60,799 nucleotides of DNA from assembly GCA_040357565.1 (NCBI GenBank), contig JBDODJ010000066.1, one strand, 5' to 3'. Position 1 is the first letter of the stretch. Each line of letters starts with the position of its first letter. Under the pieces are notes generated by a model that ran no database searches, was not told where the DNA came from, and saw only the letters and a list, made by a program, of their open reading frames with translations. Below are positions 29,225 to 41,100 of the stretch, piece after piece. Origin of the DNA: Cercozoa sp. M6MM. Taxonomy: Eukaryota; Protista; Endomyxa: Ascetosporea. The position numbers and the translations under genes were made by a program.

Positions 29225-29629
29225 TGGCCGCACTGTGAGGATAGCGCCTCAGCTCCAAGCGCTTACGGTAAACGTGGATGCGGCGCGTCAAAAAGAAGAT
29301 TGCAAGAAAATTTGCAACCTGGAAAGCGCGGAATCGAGGTCCTATACAGAGTGTGCTACGATGTTCCCTGCCGTCAGTGATCTGCAAGTGTACGTACCGT
29401 GACTCTTCAGGGCAGAAGTTTCGTCAAAAAGTCTTTGGCTGTTGGCGACTTCCTTGAGACCAGAGACCAACGGATAGCCAATCTGATTTGTGGTCAGCCT
29501 CAAGAAGTCGCTACAGTAACTTTACAAGTACAATTGTACTTGTGCAGTCTAACTTGAGCGGAAGTCAAGGTGATTAAGTGACGTTTTCTTAGAATCGATA
29601 TAACGAGTGTTTGCTAGATGCTCGTGACT

Positions 29630-30671
29630 TCACTGGCTGAGGAAGGTGGCCTTGAGAATAACAAGAATTTCGCCAGGAACTCGCCTTCGAGCGCATCGCT
29701 CAACGTGCAAACCGCTGCTCATGGAAAAACAAAACACCAGCTTCTCGGCTGCAGCAAACAGCGCATTTATCGAAGTTTACAGCTCGGCGAGGGCTTGTTC
29801 AATCTCCTTCGGCTTGTTTTTCTCAATCGTCACCTGCATCAGACACCAACATAAGGATCCGGGTACCGGGTCGGGTAATAACAAGGGTCGACTGGTACAA
29901 GGTAGAAAACGCCGTGTGACGATAGCAGTTTTGGGACTTGCGGGAGGAAGCGATCGACCACGAGGCGCCCACGCGGACCACCAGCGCATGCAAGGTTCAC
30001 GCCTGCAACAGCAATTGTCAATGTATACACAACACCAGCTCACTCGCACAGAAAAGATACCGGTCGCGATGCGAAGCTCCTCTTCGTCGGTTGGCACATA
30101 CGGAGGATTGAACAGCAGACAGTCGATCTTATTGGCGAGCTCAGGCAACAACGGCACAGCTAGGTTACCCTTGAGGACCTCCCCGTCAATTCCGTTACGC
30201 CTACAATGAGGCCACAACTGGATTTCTTGACCAGACATGCACAAGAGAAATCTTACCTGTACGTCTCTTGAGCGATTTCGACGGCTTTTGGGTTCAAATC
30301 AACTCCGACCAATCTTTTAAAACAATACTCGAACAGAAAAAGCTTTACACTGGAGTGGTTGCTGCACGGAGTACCTGCAGTTGTCGACCCCGACGTTGAG
30401 CGCGGCATAGGCACCCAAAACACCGGTTCCGACACCAACCTCGGCCTGTTTTTGTATAGCAAGCGAGTGGACAAAAACCAAACAGCAAAGAAGAGAGGGC
30501 GTATGACACAATCGTGCGCACTGGTCGTTGTTGCAGCTCGTGTCGGTCTCGACTGAGGCACTCCATCACGAGAAAGGTGTCGGCTGAAGGCTCGTACACC
30601 TCATCATAGTCTTCCTGCCTTATGTGTGATAGATCGGGATCTGGCAACTCTTCCAGGGGCGCACTTGACAT
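29630..30671 (-). CDS. N6AMT1: eRF1 glutamine methyltransferase HemK2/N6AMT1/Mtq2
   Basis: VYEPSADTFLV; AEVGVGTG (SAM binding); VDLNPKAV; DCLLFNPPYVPT; AGGPRGRLVVDRFLPQVPKLLSSHGVFYL; last exon ARRRVPGEILVILKA. Confidence 0.93.
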
Positions 30672-30794
30672 TAACACACTCGCGTACAACACTAAAAGTA
30701 GTACTGTATCGAAACTCTTGTCGTGGCATTTTTGTTTTGGTTTTTTAAGGCAGAAATTTTGTGGCGATCGCGTCTTCCTCCGCTGAAAAAGACG

Positions 30795-30886
30795 CACCTT
30801 AGAGCGCCCGCCACAAAATTTCATTTTTTCTTGAATATAGCACCTTAGAGCGCGTCAGAAATCCCAAATTACACACCTTAGAGCGC
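30795..30886. promoter_or_regulatory. Three exact copies of CACCTTAGAGCGC in the N6AMT1/BET3 bidirectional promoter
   Basis: Copies at 30795-30807, 30841-30853 and 30874-30886, separated by unrelated AT-rich spacers. The regulatory role is inferred from position. Confidence 0.55.
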
Positions 30887-31020
30887 TTCAGACAGCATTT
30901 TTCACGTCTGGCGAGATTTACAGCTTAACTGTGACGACCCCTCCTTAAATAAAGTTGCCCACTTTCGACAAAGAGGCACCAACGGCGAGCTAGTGCGCGA
31001 GAAAATACTCGAATTCTATA

Positions 31021-31957
31021 ATGTCTCTCAGCAGAGCCGGCGAACTGCTCTTTGCTCAGACTGCCAAGATCGTATTGCTTTCCTCCTGGTGGAATTGCCT
31101 TTTCTCTGTGTTTTGCTGACTAGAATGCCGAGCTGCTCACAATGACATATGGCGCCTTTGTGAGGCGTGTGGTAATTTTGGAGTGTGTGGTACACTGAGC
31201 ACGGCGGAATGGTTGTATTGATATGTGCTAGCTGCGCGACTGCGACGACGCTGACTTGGCACGCCGGCAACTGCGCGTGCTGGGTGCTCGCATGGGCCGT
31301 CGTTTGTGCGAAGAGTTTCTCGCTGCTTCTTCCGTAGCTTTTGCTATGATGCAGTGACATATGTTTCTGTGCACGAGCGTGCCTGTCTACATTTGTAGAC
31401 TCCCACGAGCAATGGCGGTTGCCGCAACCTGCGCGAGACTGCGCAGGCCACGCGAGCCGCACTCACGATGTTTCTCAGCGTCGCCGTCGAAACAGGGGTG
31501 CCAAAAACTGTGTCTGTTGCTTGTGTCATCTTCCAGAAAGTCTGTCTTGGCAGGACTGGTCCGAGGACAGTCGTGAGTTCAGTGTGTCTGTGCGAGACAA
31601 TCCGCTCAGTGCTTTCACCGCACTGCCGGACCACTTGGCGTCACCAAAGGTGTCCCCATGTACATTTCTCCTGACTTATAAATTAGCTTTGTGTGGGCGG
31701 AACAGCAGGGAGAGAGCTGTATGGGAGCCCTGTTGGCTGCTGCCATTCAAGGGGCATATCAGGTAGAAGTTCAAGTCTGCACACGAAAGCAGACGAATCA
31801 ACCTTGCTTGCAGGCAGTGCACCTGGAAACGAGGGTGACACAAACTACGTGCAGCGCGAGTGGCGACAAAAGCGACACTTTTCGCGTGGTTTTCCTGCGA
31901 CATTCACGCGAAAATGTCAGTTTTCTCCATGATGATGTGTCCTCCCCGCCATTTGTG

Positions 31958-32005
<48 letters not shown>

Positions 32006-32015
32006 NNNNNNNNNN

Positions 32016-32080
<65 letters not shown>

Positions 32081-32163
32081 CATGTCGCTGTTGTCATGAA
32101 AGTTTCAATACATGTTTGTGTATGTAGGTTCCAGAGGAATCTGACAGTGACGAAGATAACTAG
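31021..32163 (+). CDS. BET3: TRAPP complex subunit BET3/TRAPPC3 (divergent)
   Basis: KI|NAELLTMTYGAFVR; LGARMGRRLCEEFLA; GCRNLRETA (conserved Cys); LTMFL; WSEDSREFSVSVRDNPLSAFTALPDHL; AAIQGAYQ|AVHLETRV; acidic end VPEESDSDEDN*. Confidence 0.88.
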
Positions 32164-32567
32164 TGCTATCCAAAATGTAAATTAACAATATCGCCAGCCA
32201 ACCCAGGTGTTCGCGAATTCGTGCGACGCATATGTATGCGCGTATACAATATACGATAAATTGAGCGCGGACTGTAGTAAATTCTTAAAACGGAACTGAT
32301 AGGTCTCCCGTGCCGTGCGCTCACTTAACCACGCTAACCTGCGCTGAGTAGCCCTGAATAGCCGAGCTACGGTTTGTATCGCGGTCGCAAGGCGTGGATG
32401 TGGCGTGAAGTCCGAACGCCGCTTCAGTTTTGGGTGCGTGCACGCAAGATATCGCGACGTATCGCGCATGGGTGCTGCTGAGTGCTGACCTTGGGCTGTG
32501 TACTAGATACCGAAGGAAAAGGCGGTTGTTTCGGCAGGGGTAGGAAAGCTGAGGCAAGAGAGTCGTC

Positions 32568-33726
32568 ATGTCTCGACCGTCGTCGGCTTCCACTCAGGAA
32601 CCTTCGAGCACCAACGAGTCAGTCCCCCCAGGCATGCTTGATCTTGTGGCGATGCAAGCTGCTGCGGCTGGTCGAGCCGAGGACAAACACAACACCAGCA
32701 CAACAGACGGAACCGACGACAGCACTGCTAAGACAGGAGTGAAGACAGCAACAACACCACAGAAGCGCGCTCGTGCACAAGATGCTGGCGCCGATGAATG
32801 CGACCAGGAGCAGCTCTCTCGCGACGAGGGTGACCGACGAAAACGGCGCCGCGCGGAGAGCCTGCGACGCAACCGACTGGACGACTTGTTCGACCTGTTG
32901 CAGCGCGAGTTGGCGCAGTGCGACGTGCTGGTTGAACAGATGTGCGCCGGCAAGAAAACTGTCTGGAAGATTCAACTCATTGACCAGGCTATGCACTTGG
33001 TGCAGCAGCTGCACCGAGACTACGCTGTTTTGACCGAGGCACTCGCTGCAGCACGCGAGCGGGTAGGCGCCAGTGCTGCTCGCAACCTCGCCTGTGCCGC
33101 CATGCTCGCCGCACGTCACCGACACCTTAATGTGCGACACTATCCTTCAAATTTGTTCTTTTGTGTGTTGGGAGAGACGAAGTTGTGTTTGTTGGCAGAG
33201 AGACTGCGACACTCCAGTGCAAAGCTCAACGCCGCCGCAGGCCCAGTTGACCGAGTCGGACTTGGCTGCACTTATGGCCGCTGACTTGCCTTCGGTAGCG
33301 CCGAAAAACACACCGACTGCTTCCGAACTCGGACAAATGCTGGACCAGCAGGTACCACTGTCTACTTGCGCCTAGTTTAACTACGTATAGTCTAAGAGGC
33401 GCCGTTGGTACAGTATATCTTGTACTGTTTAATCGCAGAAGCAGCAGTTGGAAGCAGCTCGTCTCCGACGTCAGCAACGAACGCAGAGCAGCATCGACCT
33501 CGCAAAGGTGCTGGCTGCCGACGACGCTGCTGTTGCCGCAATGACTAGCGCGTCAGTGGAAACAATCAGAAGCAAACCATCCGAGACTGCCAACGCAGTG
33601 CCACAGACTGAGAACGAAGTGGAACAAATGCGCTCTGCTGGAGAAGCGGAAACTACATCTGAGTCGGAGAAGTCGAAAACGCACTCTGCTGCAGAAGCGG
33701 GAACTCGGCACGCACGTGATAGTTAG
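32568..33726 (+). CDS. bHLH(-ZIP) transcription factor
   Basis: RRKRRRAESLRRNRLDDLFDLLQREL...KKTVWKIQLIDQAMHLVQQLHRDYAVLTEAL shows the basic E-x-x-R-R, helix 1, loop, K-x-x-L-I-x-x-A helix 2 and heptad leucines. An upstream exon cannot be excluded. Confidence 0.78.
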
Positions 33727-34098
33727 TTGGTTCAGTATATTTCAACACAAGAGTCTAGCCTACGTATAGGCCGAAGCGGAGGCGCGGGAGTCATCCTTCC
33801 GAGAGATGGCTTGGTCTCGCGCTCCTACAGGCGTCCCTCTCTCTCTCTCTCTCTCTCTCTCCATGCGACACAATCGTCCTCTACCAGGAGGACATGGACA
33901 ATATTGAGGCCGACCTTGGGCGCAGGCGTTGACAGACTTGGCGGGTTCCACGTACAGGCTCACAAGCCACAAGACGCGCGCGCGCCATTTGACTTGACTT
34001 TACTTACGTTAGTTCACCGAAAGGGAGCGGACACAGAAAATTTGAACACCGATATCAGCACGCACGACAGCTTAACTGAACACAGCGCTGGCGGCCAA

Positions 34099-34842
34099 TT
34101 AAATCGACGCGAGTAGCCACCGCACGTAGCTTGGGCTATCGTATCGTATGTCGTGAGTGTGCGGGCACTTCCATCCCGGGCCGCACAATCGAATCCGACC
34201 GGACTGAAATGCCGGCTACGCGTAGTGTGAGAACGAAGTGCCCACCGAGTTGACATGCTCAAGCTGCTCGAGAGTGAAGCAGTCGCGATATTGCTCCTCC
34301 CAGCGATCGCGGTGTTGCAGCTTGAAGTTCGACACCTGCCAACATACCAACAGTTGACCTGACACACCGGCCGGCAGGTTCAACACGAAAACGTACAGCC
34401 TGTTGTGCATCATGCGCACTCTCCTTGTGCGTAGCATCGTCAAAACTGAGGTCAGCTAGGTGCGTCGCCACTGCTGGGAGCCAGGTCTGCATTCACATGC
34501 GCACTCATGCTCACTCACTGGGGGGGGGGGGGGGGGTGACATGACACATGCAGATGTAGACATACGGGCAAATCCGACGGACGAGACAGTACGAGTGCAA
34601 TCAAGCCGATGAAGCCTGAACACAGTATTTGAAGGGGGCATGCCCAACCTAAAAAAAGGATTTCAAAGCAACCAGAGTGCCGCTGCGCAGCCTTCTTCTT
34701 GTTGCGCGGCTTGGTCGCGGCACTGCAAAGTACAGAGAAAGCGCATTCGACCTCAACTAGTTAGAAACGAAAGTATGCATTATGGATACCGAGCCTGATA
34801 CACCTGAATCCAGTTGTTGACTCGCCTGCAAAGAGACACAAT

Positions 34843-34889
<47 letters not shown>

Positions 34890-35767
34890 NNNNNNNNNNN
34901 NNNNNNNNNNNNNNNNNNNNNNNNNNNNNNNNNNNNNNNNNNNNNNNNNNNNNNNNNNNNNNNNNNNNNNNNNNNNNNNNNNNNNNNNNAGAGAGAGAGA
35001 GAGAGAGAGAGAAAAGAGAGAAGGAGGTACACAGGATGCCACACAGGACGAGCATAAGCCGTCGAGAGTCCGACCTGCAGGAAGCGCAGCATGGCCGCTG
35101 TTTCTGCACATATGACTCTTGATAAACACAGAGACAGACACGACAGACACGACACAGACACAGACATACACAGACAAACACACAGACAGACTCACAGCAC
35201 CTTCGCAGGTTTCGTTGTCGGTGTACTGTAATACTTGCTCAAACACAGAGGTTTCGCCTACGCACGCACAGTCAGGTCAGTTCAGGTCAGGTCAGTTCGG
35301 TCAAGTCAAAGGTGGGTACCCTCAGAGGAGTGGAATAGACGAGCGGTGAGTGCCGTGTGCTGCGTCGTGAGTGCCACGCGCGCCAACGAGAAGAACATCT
35401 CGAGCGTCTGAAGAGAGCCAGACAAATGGTAAGATTGGTGAGTCCAGAGAGGGGTGCATGGAATGATATGCACAGCAATGCACAGTGACATGGTCTTCCT
35501 TGCGCAAGTCCTTGTAGCTGGCAATGTCTTCTTCCACCAGAGCGATTAGTTTCTCCGCGAAGGAACCAATGTGCTGGTGCCATTCTTTTCCTGCACACAC
35601 ACACACACACACACACATTGTGCGTACGGTGCATGGCTGGAGAGTACATCCCTACCGTAGGTATCAAACAGCACACGCACTTCGGCCAATAAAGCGCCTT
35701 GCAGCAGCGCCAAGTGACGCGGCTGATTTATCATACACACAGACAGTATAAACACACTCATACTCGT

Positions 35768-35816
<49 letters not shown>

Positions 35817-35826
35817 NNNNNNNNNN

Positions 35827-35878
<52 letters not shown>

Positions 35879-36140
35879 GAACCTGCGCAAGCCTCATCAT
35901 GGTGCGGTGTTGAGAACGCGGCAGAAACCTCTGCTCAAACAAACAGACACACCAAGTAACGGTAATCCGAGGGTGGGTTGGACAATGACGCATGCGGAGC
36001 ACATGCGTGAATGGTACGATGGGAACGTAGATCGAATCGGCCATGTCTTCTGGAGCCTTGGACGCTCTGCCCTTTTCCCTTTTTTGCTGCACGGTTCAGA
36101 TAACATTTGTATTCACAAAGACACACAGACACACAAACAG

Positions 36141-36183
<43 letters not shown>

Positions 36184-37468
36184 GCACACACACAGCACAG
36201 TTGCAGATACCGCCGTGTTTAAGAAGTCGTGGTCACGACGCAGCGTATCGCGTACACTCTCGGCATTTTGGGTCAGGAAACTCACGCAGTCTGTGGTAGG
36301 GACAAGTAGCACACAACCCAAACAAGGCGAGAACGCAGCACACCTTGCAGCACGGAAACCGGGAGTGCACGAAGTGGCGCAAAGCGCGCAAAGGCGCCGT
36401 CCGGGCGGAGCACGGCATCGGTCACGCAGGTGGCAGCTATGTCGGTCGGCGTCATCACCTTGCTGCAGAGGGATACAAGTGAGTTGTGCACACATATACA
36501 TAACATGCGGCAGCGAGCACCGCATGTGTTCGAGAGCGAGCACAGGCGTCTCGTGCAGTCCGTGCTGCGAGCCGAGAAGATTGGCCAGCAAGCGAATACT
36601 CTGAATGTAGGTGCGCATACACAGAGAAAATAACGCAAGATAGCGCAGTGGGATTCTAGAGTACCGCCTTGGCGGAGGCCAGGTGCGGTTCAATCAGGAG
36701 CTGGCACAGTGCTTGAACCTACAGACAGACAAGAAGAAGTTTTGAACACATGAAGATGCGATGCAAAGAGGGGTAGTAGTACGGACTCGCCGGGTAGTGT
36801 GAAGGAGGCGCGCTGCAGCTTGTTCAGACGCGCTAATGACAGCAAACGCACCTTCCTGTACAATTATACAATATATGTCTATATCCATATATGTGTGGTA
36901 CATGTAGATGTATGGTATACACGTAATAACATGTACAGTAGTACCACATGGAATGCGTCGTTGCGACGGTGGCCAACTCCTTGGCTGCACACGTTTGTTT
37001 GGAGTAACCAAGGGCACAGCCCACCAGTAGACTTTACAAATCAAGACGCACCAAAGTCAACCATCTTGGCGCACATAACTTCCAACGCATTCTTCATCAC
37101 CGCGTACTTGTCTAGCTGTTGCCGTACACATGCAGCTATGCATACACCTCTAACAGAGACAGATAGCTTGGAGCACCAGCCCCGAGGCAACAGAAACGCA
37201 GGAAGGCCACGACACAGACTCGTTGCACTGCATAGATAAACATGCACAACCACACACGATGACGAGTATCTAGGTCGACAAAGCAACCACCAGCTTACCA
37301 GAGAAAACAAGTGCGAAGTAAGCGCTAGCTGTGCGCCATCATTAGAGAAGCGTTCCACTGTGCAACAAAAACACACAGACACATAATAACATGCAATCAG
37401 CGTTGGCAGCACCTTGCTGTGAGACACGTCGCGTTGTCTGCACAAACGACAACAACAATCCATATGTC

Positions 37469-37518
<50 letters not shown>

Positions 37519-38108
37519 ATGGCACCAAGAGGCACGGAGTCGGCGGTCAGTGGCAGCGTGACGAACTGTATCTCTCGTGGCAACGATGCCGCTTTTAGCA
37601 AAATGCTGTTGGCATTGCTGGGTGCTTTGCCTACAAACACAATACACATATCACAACCATGTAGACGAAACTAACCGGGTTTGCGGAAGGCGTGGTGTCC
37701 TGTGAACAGAAGCGCATGCAAGCAGCGCGTGAGTTCGACACAGGCGCGACTGCTGCCTTCCATCGTGCTACGCATCAAGAAACACACAGACACATACACA
37801 GACACAGACACATACACGCAGGCGCAGACACAGGCACAGACACAGATACAAACACACCGATACACAATGAGTAAGATATACTCACCCGTCGAGATACTCG
37901 TGAGCACGCGCAAGCAGTGCATGCGCCAAGAAAATGCGCAGACTTGAGTCCTCGCCTTCAGAAGCGTTAAGATCGAGGTCACTGCGTCGCAGCGCACGTG
38001 CCTGCTGCACTGTCGTCAGCGACGGCAGTGTCGTGGTGACGGCGACACCAGATGTCAAGGCACGCGTTGAGCGTTCCAAGTCGTCGCCCATCTCTTCCGC
38101 TTGCACTG

Positions 38109-38169
<61 letters not shown>

Positions 38170-41100
38170 CTTGCTTGACATCAAGCAGACAGAGAGCGGA
38201 TGTACCAGGAGCACCAAAGTTCCCAAGCAGCTCACGGCTGCGCAAAAGCGCATGCAGCAGTCTACAAAGAGTAGTGTGCACATCGGCAAGTTCTGTAGGT
38301 GTAGAATCGAGTACGTGTAGGCATCTTCGTCGTTGTCGCGACTGCCCTGAAGCAAGACCTGCGACAAGGACGAAGTGCCGCCTTTCAGGGGCATGGCCAT
38401 CACACGCGACCAAATGGCCGCTGCACGCTGCTTTGCATCTGGCGGTGGCTACAGCACCCCAAAGTATGTCCACATTGGAATCGACCACAGCAGGCAGTAC
38501 CGAAGTCCATGCCAGTGACAGATCGCGCGTGACACGCAGCTCGTAGCTGTCCATACGCTCGTCCTTCTCTTCGTCGTTGTCTGCCTTGGGTTCGGCTCGG
38601 TAGCCGACGCCTGTTGTTACCACGCAAGGATAGCCAAGTGTACGCGAGAAGAAAAGAGAGCTGCTCAAAAACAAACCGGTGCCGGGCGCAATGGGTGTCG
38701 ACAGACGGAACCAACGACGCCAGTGTCGCCAAGTGCCGTTCGTGCAGAGCGCACGCTCCTCAGCGCAAGCCGCGAATGTCGCGCTTCCGTGGTAGCCCGC
38801 TGCATGCGACAGGGTGAAACCCCATCGATCCACACAAACCCATGATTAGCCAGCTGCAAAGTACACAGTCCTCGCAGCAGCGAGGAGACAGCCGTGCGTC
38901 CTGTTCGTCGCACGTCGTCGTAGCGACTCTGCAGACATCGTTCGACCGCCTGCTCTCGCACACAGCAATGCCACATAGCAATCGAATGTATTCATCTAAC
39001 GCACACAAACACATACCGACATGGCAAGATCAAAGTGCTCGTCTCGCATCAGATGCGCCACTTGTGAGAACGAATGCTCGGCCAGCGAAAAACTGCAGAC
39101 ACGAGACTCGTTGAAATGAAACAGTGTGCTTTGGAAACGTTCAAACGTTGCAGTACCACCAGAACAATTCAGCCTCGTCCTCGGATTTCGCACGTTCGAG
39201 AAGACTACATGAATAGGTGCAATGTGCCACTTTCGGCTCTTTCCCAACAAGTAAACACGGAGGCTACGGTTGCACAACGCGCGTCAGAGCCATGGCGGGT
39301 CGGAACTGCGCGATGTACCACAGCATCGTGGCAAACGCTTGGCGCACCTGTCGAAAAGAGTAATAGCACCTAGCACCAATTCCGGTACGCTTGTTGGCTG
39401 TTGTACAGGGAGCATTGTATTGTCGGTGACAAACTTCATCATACGTTCTGTCACAAGGTCGCACAGCTCGTCCTGCGTACACTCAAACATACATACGTAG
39501 GAGGTGTGGCATGTATGCCCAACATTACACTCATGGACTGGAAAAGCGCGTCCAATGTTTCGCTCAGTGCCGACAGTGAGAAGCCCTGCACGTGTCCAAA
39601 CTTGCCTCACATACGCTCGGCGATGCAAACTTCATGTGTGAAAGTAATCGTACGAAGCCAGGCCCGGGTGCAGCGGCCAACTTGTCCGTCGAACGAACGC
39701 CTCCGCCTGCAAGAACACATCGTGCATGACACATACGAGAACACACTTTAGAGGGAGTGACACCTTCGCAAGATTGGATGACCTTGAATGCTACATACAC
39801 ACACGAACTCACAGTACCCAATCCAAGCGCAGGCACACGTCCGGTACAAACGTACTGCACTGCATAAAGGCTTCAACCACGTCGCCAAAACGCATCGACT
39901 CGCGTCGCGCCACGTCGAAGGCCGCCACTTGCTCGGTGTGCGGGATCCAGCTGCAGAAGCATGCGAATCCGAGTCGATGTTGCCAAAAAAACCTGGGAAT
40001 CAAGCGGTAACACTTACAAGCGCGAGTGAAACGGCACGGGCCGGTCCGCCGTGCTATCTGCTTCGTCACTCGTTCGCACATATCGTTTGCAGATGGCCGC
40101 GTAAGTCGGCACAGTCTATGCACAGTTGATGTAAAACACAGAATGAGACAGTACGTTCATGAAACATCGTACCTCTTGGCCGACATCTTCCTCGTCGCCG
40201 ACAGAGTTGTTGACGTGCGCCTGGCACAGCGGCACACTCGAAAACAACTCAGTTAGAACGCCGTACGTGCCTCCCTGGCATATTATTAACATTGTACACA
40301 CGAAGGACCAAGCGGAAAATATCAGTACCACTCGGACACCAGAAAGGTGCTTCTCAGCAGTCTCAATCGCGGTCCTGCATGTTCTCGAGCAATGTACAAG
40401 GTAGCGACGTTACTGTGTATGGTAGTGAGTGTACAGCATAATGTCGGCGAGCAGAGGCACGCCGTGTGCCGAGTGCCGACTGTCAAACACCGGCGAGGCA
40501 CACAACGTTAGTGCCGACAGTGCCTGCTCACATAAGCAGCGTCCCAATTTCCGCTAAGGAGATGAAAGAGACATTGGCACCGACAGACCGCGTGCCGGGG
40601 AGGTGTCTGACTGAAGGTCATCCTGTTTGCATGATCAGCATACGTAGAGCCGGGCGAAGGAATAACAGTATACGACTGCACTTACCAAGAAACGGGCGAC
40701 GTCCAGTGGTCGCCCGGGACCAATGACGAGAGCACTGAGGAATGCGAGACACGTCAAGGCAAGCACACAAGGGGCAGACGGTGTTTGCGTGATACGGGTG
40801 TGTCATGCCGAGTGCGCGCAGTGTTTCGGCTGACTTGCTTGCGAACTCGGGTGAATTTTGGTACAGTGATGTTGCGGCCAACTGCATACACCAGTGCACA
40901 TCAGTTTAACCAATAACTACATGGATGCAAGCCTACCTCGGCAACGGTAGAGACGACACGTCGATGCACTTTCGTGTCCATCCAGGGCAGCAATCTCACA
41001 GGCAGTTTTCTGCAAGTCCAAGCAAGGTAAACTTAACTCGTGCAACGCCAAGACGGAAAGAAAGTTGACCCGTGGTACTCCATCGTGATGCGAGTGGCGT

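Noticed and set aside
30795-30886. Repeat-spacer pattern resembling a mini CRISPR array
   Set aside because: Only three 13-bp repeats with unequal spacers (33 and 20 nt), in a eukaryotic promoter context with no cas genes.
33732-33830. Possible final exon of the large minus-strand gene ending 5 nt from the bHLH stop
   Set aside because: The upstream exon already reaches an in-frame TAA at 34099 after a PH-like terminal helix; not supported without cDNA.
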